64,000 nt of DNA from contig CAXXVS010000002.1 of the NCBI GenBank assembly GCA_963674755.2, positions 2,368,001-2,432,000 on the forward strand. Direction: 5' to 3'. The notes under the pieces were generated by a model. The model saw only the letters and a list, made by a program, of their open reading frames with translations, was not told the DNA's origin and did not search any database. Position 1 is the stretch's first letter. Every line of letters begins with the position of its first letter. The position numbers were made by a program, and so were the translations under genes. Below are positions 38,206 through 46,237 of this stretch, one piece after another. This DNA comes from Desulfobacterales bacterium. Lineage in GTDB: Bacteria; Desulfobacterota; Desulfobacteria; Desulfobacterales; UBA5852.

Positions 38206-39522
38206 TCAGGCTTTGGGCTTCGGCAGCACCAGGTTAAGGACAACGCCCAGAATGCCGGCCATACCGATCCCCTCCAGCGTAAACTTCCCGAAGGACAGCA
38301 CCATCCCGCCGATGCCGCTCACCAGGATCAGGGCCACGATGGACATGTTGCGCGGCTCGGTGAGGTCGTCTCCGGCGCGCACCAGGGTATTGAGCCCCAC
38401 CACGGTGATGGCGCCGAAGAGCAGGAGCATGATGCCGCCCATGACCGGCACCGGAATCGTTTGCAGGAGAGCGCCGACCTTGCCGATAAAGGCCAGCAGA
38501 ATCGCAAAAATGGCGGCCCAGGTCATGATGGCCGGATTGAAGGCCTTGGTCAGGGTCACCGCCCCGGTCACCTCGGAATAGGTCGTATTGGGCGGGCCGC
38601 CGATAAAAGATGCCAGAGAAGTCGCAACCCCGTCCCCCATCATGGTGCGGTGGATGCCGGGCGTCTGGACGAAGTCCTTGCCGGTCACGTTGCCGATGGC
38701 CAGGATATCGCCGAAATGTTCGATGGCCGGGGCGATCGCCACCGGCACGATGAAAAAGATCGCTTCCAGGTTCCATTCCGGGAATACGAAATTGGGCACC
38801 GCAAACCAGGGTGCCTCCACCAGGGGCTTGAAGCTGACCAGGGCCGGGCCGGTGAAATTCTTCAGGGTCCCGGGATCGAAGGAGGCCTGGATGGTACTTG
38901 AAACGCCGACCGCATCCAGGATCAGGGCCGTAAGATAACCGGCGCCCACGCCGAGGAGGATCGGGATCAGCTTGAGCCATCCTTTGCCCAACAGCGATAC
39001 GATAATGGTGGTCAGCAGGGAAACACCGGCCACGATCATGGCCGTCTTATCCGGCACCAGCCAGGCCGCCCCGTCACCGGTGCGCCCCATGGCCATGTGA
39101 ACCGCCACCGGCGCCAGCACGAGGCCGATCACCATGATGACAGGCCCCACCACCACCGGCGGCAGGATGCGATGCAGAAAATTGGGTCCGAAGGCCTTGA
39201 TGCAAAGACTCAGGACAATATAGAGCACCCCCGCGGCCACCAGACCGCAGAGGGTGGAAGGAATACCCCAGGTCTGAACCCCGTATATGATCGGGGCGAT
39301 GAAGGCGAAGGAGGAGGCCAGGAAAATCGGCACCATGCCCTTGGTGAGCAGCTGGAACACCAGGGTGCCCATGCCGGCGGTGAAAAGGGCCACATTCGAA
39401 TCGAGCCCCGTCAGAAGCGGAACCAGAACCAGCGCACCGAAGGCCACAAACATCATTTGGGCACCGATGACACTGTCTTTCAGTCTGAAGTGATAAGCGG
39501 TGGGCGAAGTCTTCGGGGCCAT
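38206..39522 (-). CDS. uraA: Uracil permease (NCS2/NAT family)
   Basis: FVAFGALVLVP, LASSFAFIAP, EHFGD, GGPPNTTYSE; downstream of upp. Confidence 0.92.
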   Translation of the reverse strand: MAPKTSPTAYHFRLKDSVIGAQMMFVAFGALVLVPLLTGLDSNVALFTAGMGTLVFQLLTKGMVPIFLASSFAFIAPIIYGVQTWGIPSTLCGLVAAGVLYIVLSLCIKAFGPNFLHRILPPVVVGPVIMVIGLVLAPVAVHMAMGRTGDGAAWLVPDKTAMIVAGVSLLTTIIVSLLGKGWLKLIPILLGVGAGYLTALILDAVGVSSTIQASFDPGTLKNFTGPALVSFKPLVEAPWFAVPNFVFPEWNLEAIFFIVPVAIAPAIEHFGDILAIGNVTGKDFVQTPGIHRTMMGDGVATSLASFIGGPPNTTYSEVTGAVTLTKAFNPAIMTWAAIFAILLAFIGKVGALLQTIPVPVMGGIMLLLFGAITVVGLNTLVRAGDDLTEPRNMSIVALILVSGIGGMVLSFGKFTLEGIGMAGILGVVLNLVLPKPKA

Positions 39523-39620
39523 AAAACCTCCTCTTGCAGCGGGTTGAAAGCTAATCGTCACTCAATACAACCGGTCTAACAACCGATGCGGATGGTTGCG
39601 AAAAAAAATGATCATTACTC

Positions 39621-39803
39621 AGTGTCCGTCCAGAGATGGTAGATTTTGGTTCCGGCCAAGGCCGCAGCGATTTGGAAACCGGAGGCGTAGCTGGGCTACG
39701 GCGAGGATTTCCAAAGAGCGAGAACGCCAGCCTGTCCGCCAAAGGTGGTTTTGTTCACCGGCGGCGGGCCGGGGCCAAAAGATGCCATCTCTGGGCGGAC
39801 ACT
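39621..39803. repeat. Palindromic MITE-like element (family A)
   Basis: 19-bp terminal inverted repeats AGTGTCCGTCCAGAGATGG / CCATCTCTGGGCGGACACT; near-identical in reverse to 48915-49099; overlaps the upp TAG stop. Confidence 0.8.
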
Positions 39804-40428
39804 ACTTCGTGCCGAAGATCTTGTCTCCCGCATCCCCCAAGCCGGGCAGGATATAGCCGATATCGTTCAGGCGCTCATCGATGGCGGCCACATAGATGTC
39901 CACATCCGGATGAAGCTCCTGGACCTTTTTGATGCCTTCCGGGGCGGCCACGAGGAAGATACCGCGAATGCTGCGGCAGCCGCTTTCCTTGAGCATCTCG
40001 ATGGTGGCGATCAGGGTGCCGCCGGTGGCCAGCATAGGGTCGAGGATGAGAGCGATGCGCTCCTCGATCCGGCCGGTCATTTTGACATAGTACTTGACCG
40101 GCTTCAGGGTTTCCTCGTTGCGGTAGAGCCCCACCACACTGACCTTGGCCGACGGGATCAGGTTGAGGACGCCGTGCATCATCCCCAGCCCGGCCCGCAG
40201 GATGGGAACCACCGTGATTTTTTTCCCTTTGATCCCCTCGACCACCACATCGCCGGCCCAGCCCTTGATCGTTCGCTTTTCGGTCTCCAGATCCTTGGTG
40301 GCCTCAAAGGTCAGCAGGCTGGCCAACTCCGAGGCGATATCCCGGAAATCTTTGACGGAAATGTTGTGTTCACGCATCAGTCCCAGTTTGTGCTTGATCA
40401 GCGGGTGTTCCACGATGCATACGGACAC
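39802..40428 (-). CDS. upp: Uracil phosphoribosyltransferase
   Basis: [44 protein letters not shown]. Confidence 0.97.
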   Translation of the reverse strand: MSVCIVEHPLIKHKLGLMREHNISVKDFRDIASELASLLTFEATKDLETEKRTIKGWAGDVVVEGIKGKKITVVPILRAGLGMMHGVLNLIPSAKVSVVGLYRNEETLKPVKYYVKMTGRIEERIALILDPMLATGGTLIATIEMLKESGCRSIRGIFLVAAPEGIKKVQELHPDVDIYVAAIDERLNDIGYILPGLGDAGDKIFGTK

Positions 40429-40604
40429 GGTGCCCTCCTTTTTTGGGATCCTGTTACAAGAAAATCATAAATGGGCTAATTGTCGTCGGAAAGCGGCTCT
40501 ATAGCGAGCCCAAAGTCAAAGCATGTCAATCTCCCGGACGGCATCAGGTATGCCGCCCGGAGTCGATAGCGGGCATTATAGGGAGCCGTCTGCCATCAGG
40601 GCAT

Positions 40605-40635
40605 AAAAAAACCGGCTCTTGCTCAAGAGCCGGTT
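40605..40635 (-). terminator. Rho-independent terminator
   Basis: AACCGGCTCTT-gagc-AAGAGCCGGTT followed by a T run on the minus strand. Confidence 0.75.
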
Positions 40636-40750
40636 AGCAGTACCATAAAAGAGGGGCTTTGTCAGTGGGAAACTGCCCCTGTCGATCCCCGCAGCGGGGC
40701 GTACCGGTATGCGCTGTAATCTCCCTGACGGTAAGAGGTTAGGCGGATGG

Positions 40751-41059
40751 TCAGAAATCCCCCAGGGGCCGCTTGAACGTATAATCGACAGGATCCTTCA
40801 GAAGCTTTTGTTTGGCTTCCGCCTGGTTTCCGCCCGCAGCGGCGAACGGCCAGCCGATCAGAAATACAAGGCTGGTAACGCCCAGGCAGACCAGGGATAC
40901 CGGCCGCACGATCAACGCATCACCGATCATGGCTTCTCCGGTAGGACCGCTGCCGTAAATATCGACCGCGGTATTTTCCTGGGCCATGGCGGCGACGGGC
41001 GTCAGCGAAAGGCTCAGGCTGATCATCATGACAACCATATACGTGATTAACTTGCGCAT
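40751..41059 (-). CDS. Small exported/membrane hypothetical protein
   Basis: Signal peptide, then MIGDALIVRP...PF...P..YTFKRPLGDF pattern; RBS AGGAGG. Confidence 0.75.
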   Translation of the reverse strand: MRKLITYMVVMMISLSLSLTPVAAMAQENTAVDIYGSGPTGEAMIGDALIVRPVSLVCLGVTSLVFLIGWPFAAAGGNQAEAKQKLLKDPVDYTFKRPLGDF

Positions 41060-41290
41060 GGTAAGCCTCCTAAAAAAGGTAAGGGAACCCGGCGGTTCCA
41101 ACAACCGTCACTAACAGCCGGTCAGGATGGAAACGGACGGGGCTTGAATCCGGTCCGCGTCCTTCATATAGTGGCGTCCTGTTCGCGTGTTCTCATCAGG
41201 CCGCCGTCCTTTGTAATCATTATAAGCGTAGGAAATAGATGCCCCTCTGTCAAGGAAATAACAATAATATTCCCAATGGGTTGTTGCCAT

Positions 41291-43765
41291 ATGTCGTCCG
41301 CCTCGATCCACGATGAAATCCACGGCGGGAATGCCGCCGCCTGCCTTGAAGTTGCCGTGGCGCTGCCGGTGTGGGGCACGTTCACCTACCGGACCCACAC
41401 CGGCCTTTTATCGTCGGCCGTCCCCGGCCGGCGGGTTCTGGTGCCTTTCGGGACGCGGCGTGTTACGGGCTATGTGCTAGGTCCGGCAGAGGCCGTCCCG
41501 GCCAACGAATTGAAGGCTATTCTGGATGTCCTGGATGACGAGCCTCTTTTCACGGCCGACCTGATTCCCTTTTTCCGCTGGATCGCCGACTACTACATCT
41601 ACCCCATCGGCGAAGTCATCAGGGGCGCCCTGCCCGGCGGTCTCAACCTATATGAATTCAACCAGTACGCCATCACGGAAAAGGCTTGCCAGCTGCCGGA
41701 TACAAGCGATCTTTCCGAACTGGAGAAAGCGGTCCTGGCCTGCCTCAGGGAGGGCGCCTGCCGCCTGAAGGATCTCAGCACCCACCTCGAGCGCCCGGTG
41801 CCGGGCCGTCTGCTGCAGGCCATGGAGCGCTGCGGATGGGTGCAGCGTAAAAAAACCCTGTTGGGGGGGCGGACACGGCCCAAACAGGAGAAACTGGTTC
41901 ATCTCCTGCATCGTTCGATCCCCGGGGAGCGGATGACGCCCCAACGGCAGCAGATTCTGTCATATCTGGAACATCACGGCGATACGCCCCTTCATACATT
42001 GCGCCGGGTGGTGCCCCGGGCAACGGCCATCGTCGGTGGAATGGCCTCCCGCGGATTCGTGGACGTACGTGAGAGCGTTGCCTACCGGGATCCCTTCGGG
42101 GACCCGATCCTGCCGGAACAGGCCCCCGAACTGACCCGCGAGCAACGCCAGGCCCTGGATGGCATCCATCAGGCCGGTGCCCGGGGCTTTGCCCCCATCC
42201 TTCTGGAAGGCGTCACCGGCAGCGGCAAGACCGAGATTTACCTCCATCTGGTGGCCGATGCCATCGCCCGCCAGAAAACCGCCCTTGTGCTGGTGCCTGA
42301 AATCGCCCTCATCTCCCAGATGGAGCGGCGCTTCCGGGCCCGTTTCGGGGAAAAGGTGGCCGTTCTGCACAGCGGTCTCTCGGCCGGCGAACGCCTCGAC
42401 CAGTGGATGCGCATCCTGCACCGGGAGGCGCCCATCGTCATCGGCGCCCGCTCGGCGATCTTCGCGCCCCAGCGCAATATGGGCCTGATCGTGGTCGACG
42501 AGGAGCACGATCCTTCCTATAAACAGGACACCCACCTGCGCTACAATGCCCGCGACCTGGCGGTGGTGCGCGCCAAGCACCGCCGCTGCGCGGTTATTCT
42601 GGGATCGGCCACCCCTTCGGTCCAGACCTACCACAATGCCCAGACCGGCCGCTTCGTGCACATCGAAATGACCCGGCGCGTAACCCCCCAGCCGCTGCCG
42701 GAAGTGGACATCGTCGATCTGTCACCGGTGCGCAGCGAGCGGGGCCTGCGCAAACACCTCACGCCCGAATTGATCACCGCCCTTGGCCAGACCCTCGAGC
42801 GGGGCGAGCAGGCCCTCCTGTTCCTGAACCGTCGGGGCTATGCCAATTACCCCCACTGCACTTCCTGCGGCGAACCGGTCCGCTGCCGGAATTGCAGCAT
42901 CACCCTCACCTACCACCGCAGCGCCAATGCCTACCGCTGTCATTACTGCGGCCATTCCCGGGCCGCCAATCAGCCCTGTGAAAACTGCGGGGCCGCCACC
43001 CTGTGGCATTTTGGGTTCGGCACCGAAAAGCTCGAGGAAGCCGTGGGACACCTCTTCCCCGCCGCCCGGATTGCCCGCATGGATCGGGATACCACGCGCC
43101 GCAAGGGCAGCCTGCTGCGTATCCTGAAAAACCTTCAACAAGGCGCCATCGATATCCTCATCGGTACCCAGATGGTGGCCAAGGGCCACGATTTCCCCAA
43201 CATCACCCTGGTGGGCATCGTCTGCGCCGACACGGCCCTGAATCTTCCGGACTTCCGTTCAAGTGAGCGCACTTTCCAACTTCTGGCCCAGGTGGCCGGA
43301 CGCGCCGGACGCGGGGAACGGCCCGGACGGGTCATTTTACAAACCTATACTCCGGGCCATTTCACCATCACGGCCGCCCGCAAGCAGGCCTTTCACGCCT
43401 TTTATGAAAAGGAAATCCAGCATCGCCGCAGCCTGGGCTACCCCCCTTACAGCCGCATGGTGCAACTCCTGGTCAGCGGCAAAAACCGCGGCGCGACCCG
43501 CCATTTTGCGGAAACCCTCGGGGTCGCCGGCCGCGACCGGCTGCAAAACGATCGGGCCTGGAAAAATCAGATAACGCTGCTGGGCCCGGTGGAAGCCGCC
43601 TTGCACCAGGTGGCCGGCCGGTTCCGCTGGCAACTGCTGCTGAAGGGCACCCAGCCGTCCACCTTGAACCGCTTTACGCGGGAACTCCTGCAGGCCGTAG
43701 GACCGCCGCGGGGCCCGGAGGCCGTCAAGGTAATCATTGACGTGGATCCCCAGGCTATGATGTAA
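41291..43765 (+). CDS. priA: Primosomal protein N'
   Basis: VLVPFG, GVTGSGKTE, DEEHD, SATPS, LNRRG, four CxxC pairs, GTQMVAKG.DF, QVAGRAGR, DVDP. Start is approximate. Confidence 0.95.
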   Translation: MSSASIHDEIHGGNAAACLEVAVALPVWGTFTYRTHTGLLSSAVPGRRVLVPFGTRRVTGYVLGPAEAVPANELKAILDVLDDEPLFTADLIPFFRWIADYYIYPIGEVIRGALPGGLNLYEFNQYAITEKACQLPDTSDLSELEKAVLACLREGACRLKDLSTHLERPVPGRLLQAMERCGWVQRKKTLLGGRTRPKQEKLVHLLHRSIPGERMTPQRQQILSYLEHHGDTPLHTLRRVVPRATAIVGGMASRGFVDVRESVAYRDPFGDPILPEQAPELTREQRQALDGIHQAGARGFAPILLEGVTGSGKTEIYLHLVADAIARQKTALVLVPEIALISQMERRFRARFGEKVAVLHSGLSAGERLDQWMRILHREAPIVIGARSAIFAPQRNMGLIVVDEEHDPSYKQDTHLRYNARDLAVVRAKHRRCAVILGSATPSVQTYHNAQTGRFVHIEMTRRVTPQPLPEVDIVDLSPVRSERGLRKHLTPELITALGQTLERGEQALLFLNRRGYANYPHCTSCGEPVRCRNCSITLTYHRSANAYRCHYCGHSRAANQPCENCGAATLWHFGFGTEKLEEAVGHLFPAARIARMDRDTTRRKGSLLRILKNLQQGAIDILIGTQMVAKGHDFPNITLVGIVCADTALNLPDFRSSERTFQLLAQVAGRAGRGERPGRVILQTYTPGHFTITAARKQAFHAFYEKEIQHRRSLGYPPYSRMVQLLVSGKNRGATRHFAETLGVAGRDRLQNDRAWKNQITLLGPVEAALHQVAGRFRWQLLLKGTQPSTLNRFTRELLQAVGPPRGPEAVKVIIDVDPQAMM

Positions 43766-43769
43766 TTTT

Positions 43770-43850
43770 AATCTGTTGAGGCTTCCGCCAAAGGTGGATT
43801 GGTTTACCGCCGGCGGGCCAAGGACCCAAAGATGCTGTTTGTGGATGGAC
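43770..43850. repeat. Truncated copy of family A element
   Basis: CCGCCAAAGGTGG...GGCGGGCC..AAAGATGCTGTTTGTGGATGGAC matches the 3' half of 39621-39803. Confidence 0.55.
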
Positions 43851-43952
43851 AATAGATGATATTGCCGTGCCAGCCGGGACAAATTGCAGCCGGCACGATC
43901 GATGGCCTGACCGATAAGCGCTGTTAGAATGATTTATAAGGAGAAAAGCCCC

Positions 43953-44738
43953 ATGCAACGCACGATCATGACGATCTTGGTGACAACGTCGATTATCCTG
44001 ACCTGGTTCAGCCCCCCCCTCGTCAATGCCGCCGGCACCGCCCAAGCGACCGACAAGGCCGGTCAGGAAGGGATCTCGACCGATCAGAAGCTGCAACCCG
44101 AGATTGCGATACCGGACCCGCTGTTCACTTTCCCGAATGTGGTGGACGGTACCGAAGTGGTCCATGATTTCCCGGTCTACAACCGAGGGACAGGCGCCCT
44201 GGCCATTTCCAAAGTCCAAACCGGCTGAGGGTGCACGGCGGTCTCGTATCCGAGACAGATCCCCGCCGGCGGCGAGGGAACCATTCGCATCAAAGTCCAT
44301 ACCAGCGGTTATGGCGGCCACAACATCAAGAAGTCGGCCACGGTCTTTACCAACGATACCCGGCACCCGCAGCTGCGGCTGACCGTGGCGGGAAGCGTGG
44401 AGCGGTTCGCCGATATCCATCCCGAACGCGTTATTCTGCGGGGCTACGGGGGCCAGACCATACGCCAGGAAGTCGTGGTAACGCCCCGGGCAAGCTACCC
44501 CTTCAAGGTGACCGACGTCAAAGCCAAGACCGGCACCAACATCCGCATCGAGATGCACGAGCAGGACAGCCCGGAGGGCAAATCCTACGTCATTTCCGTT
44601 GAAAATACCAAAACCACGCCGGGCAAATACTACGATACCCTGCTGATTTCGACGGACAGCAAGCTCAAACCGACCCTCCCCATCCATGTATACGGCACCA
44701 TTGCCGCGGCCCAAAAGAAGGAAGCTGCCAAACCTTGA
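43953..44738 (+). CDS. Secreted DUF1573-type Ig-like protein, probable selenoprotein (Sec at TGA 44226-44228, residue 92)
   Basis: ORFs 43929-44228 and 44385-44738 share a frame and the intervening codons are open. Readthrough gives NRGTGALAISKVQTG-U-GCTAVSYPRQIPAGGEGTI...KSATVFTND, matching the DUF1573 N.G...L.I..V..(S)CGCT...I.PG pattern. A hairpin follows the TGA. Confidence 0.8.
44236..44268 (+). promoter_or_regulatory. Candidate bacterial SECIS element
   Basis: Upper stem GTCTC(G) 44241-46 / (C)GAGAC 44251-56 with G at the loop entrance ~18 nt after the TGA; lower stem CGGCG 44236-40 / CGCCG 44264-68. Confidence 0.65.
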
Positions 44739-45370
44739 ACATCAATCAGACGAAAGCGGTCATCTTCGACTGCGATGGCGTCATGTTCGACACCACGGGG
44801 GCCAATTCCGCCTATTACAACCGCATTTTAAACCACCTCGGCCGACCGGAATTGACCCCCGAGCAGTTTGCCTATTGCCATATGCATACCGTGGACAATG
44901 CCCTCAAGTTTCTCTTCGAGGACGCCGGCCAGCTGGAGGCGGCCCTGGCCTTTCGCCGCACGATGGGTTATCGGGACTTTATCCCCATGATGGAAATCGA
45001 ACCCCACCTGAAACCGCTGCTGCGGCGATTGCGCCCCGGGATCCAAACCGCGGTGGGAACGAACCGCACGGACACCATGGACGATGTCCTGGACGTCCAC
45101 GGTCTGACCGACGACTTCGATCTGGTGGTCACCGCCTGCGATGTTCCCGCGCCCAAGCCGGCTCCGGATATCCTCAATCGCGCTCTGGAATATTTCCGGA
45201 TCGACGCGGGGGAAGCCATCTACATCGGTGATTCAAGCCTGGACGAGCAGGCGGCCCGCGCCGCCGGCATCCCCCTGATCGCCTACCGCAACCCCGAGCT
45301 GAAGGCCTGGCGCCACGTGGACCGCCTGGACGCGGTCCTCGACCTGCTGAACAGCACCTCCCCGGCCTAA
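44735..45370 (+). CDS. HAD-family hydrolase (phosphoglycolate phosphatase-like)
   Basis: IFDCDGVMFDT, TNR, PKPAPD, YIGDS..D; TTG start overlaps the upstream TGA stop. Confidence 0.88.
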   Translation: MNINQTKAVIFDCDGVMFDTTGANSAYYNRILNHLGRPELTPEQFAYCHMHTVDNALKFLFEDAGQLEAALAFRRTMGYRDFIPMMEIEPHLKPLLRRLRPGIQTAVGTNRTDTMDDVLDVHGLTDDFDLVVTACDVPAPKPAPDILNRALEYFRIDAGEAIYIGDSSLDEQAARAAGIPLIAYRNPELKAWRHVDRLDAVLDLLNSTSPA

Positions 45371-45574
45371 AGGCCGACCCTATTTGCCCTCGTTACCTGA
45401 CGGTTTAGAACGACGTAGCTGTAAGACATGCGGCCCATTTCAATTGGGCAGCCTCGAAAAGAAAAAGGGGTTTGTCGCCAGAGGATTGCGATCGGGGGGC
45501 GCAAAATCCGAGGCGCAAGGCCTCCATCAAGATACGGCCCTGACGAGGAATGAAGCAAACGCGCCAACGGGTGC

Positions 45575-45830
45575 ACGGATAAGTCGGATTCGTCAAACGT
45601 CCAAGATCAAGGCGTGCGAATTGCGAGGAAGGAGGCGTACATCAGTACGCCGCAACGACGAGAGGTGAAGCACAACGCCAATATCGGGTGCTCAACTACG
45701 GATAAGTCGGATTCGTCAAACGCCCAAGATCAAGGCGTGCGAATTGCGAGGAAGGAGGCGTACATCAGTACGCCGCACTGACGAGGAATGAAGCACAACG
45801 CCGATATTGGGCGTTTGACGAATCCGACTA
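45575..45830. repeat. Tandem pair (123-bp period) of palindromic elements (family B)
   Basis: ACGGATAAGTCGGATTCGTCAAACG..AAGATCAAGGCGTGCGAATTGCGAGGAAGGAGGCGTACATCAGTACGCCGCA occurs twice. The second copy (45705-45829) has perfect 23-bp terminal inverted repeats. Confidence 0.85.
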
Positions 45831-46052
45831 CTGGTTGCCGTAGCCGTTGGATGCCCCACAATCCGGACAAACCCACGTAATGCCGTTGCAGGAAAGTCCC
45901 CAGAAATTCTCGTCCATACAGGCCTGGCACATGGCGAAACCGCATTGACGGCAGGTCCAGCAGAAAGGCACCGACGCGCGGCAGCAGTGGCAGGCGGTGA
46001 GGGCCGCCCGCTTTCGGCGGCGGCGTGTGCTGCGGGGGGGTGATGCTGTCAT
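45828..46052 (-). CDS. Small Cys-rich protein (putative Zn/Fe-binding)
   Basis: 74 aa with 11 Cys (CHCC, CWTCRQC, CQAC, CPDCG); RBS AAGGA; divergent from polA. Confidence 0.65.
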   Translation of the reverse strand: MTASPPRSTRRRRKRAALTACHCCRASVPFCWTCRQCGFAMCQACMDENFWGLSCNGITWVCPDCGASNGYGNQ

Positions 46053-46237
46053 GGTTCCTTTTCTATAGGGGCCGACTGTTTAGGAGCAGGTCCGGCCGGC
46101 GGCCGGGCACGGCGCCATGCTTGTCGTTTGGGGGAGAAAATGATATGCCCTCTCCCCATCAATCGGACGCGCGAGTTTAGGGCCTTTGCCGCGTCAAGTC
46201 AATATCACCCCTTAAAACAACGATGGGAACCCGCTTC

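Noticed and set aside
40430..40750. PyrR attenuator upstream of upp-uraA
   Set aside because: No PyrR binding-loop consensus seen; the hairpin is explained as the terminator of the upstream gene.
43929..44738. Pseudogene or two separate small genes
   Set aside because: A single in-frame TGA at a conserved Cys position with a downstream hairpin is better explained by selenocysteine.
45575..45830. Possible CRISPR or ncRNA gene
   Set aside because: Only two long near-identical units with terminal inverted repeats; fits the dispersed palindromic element family.
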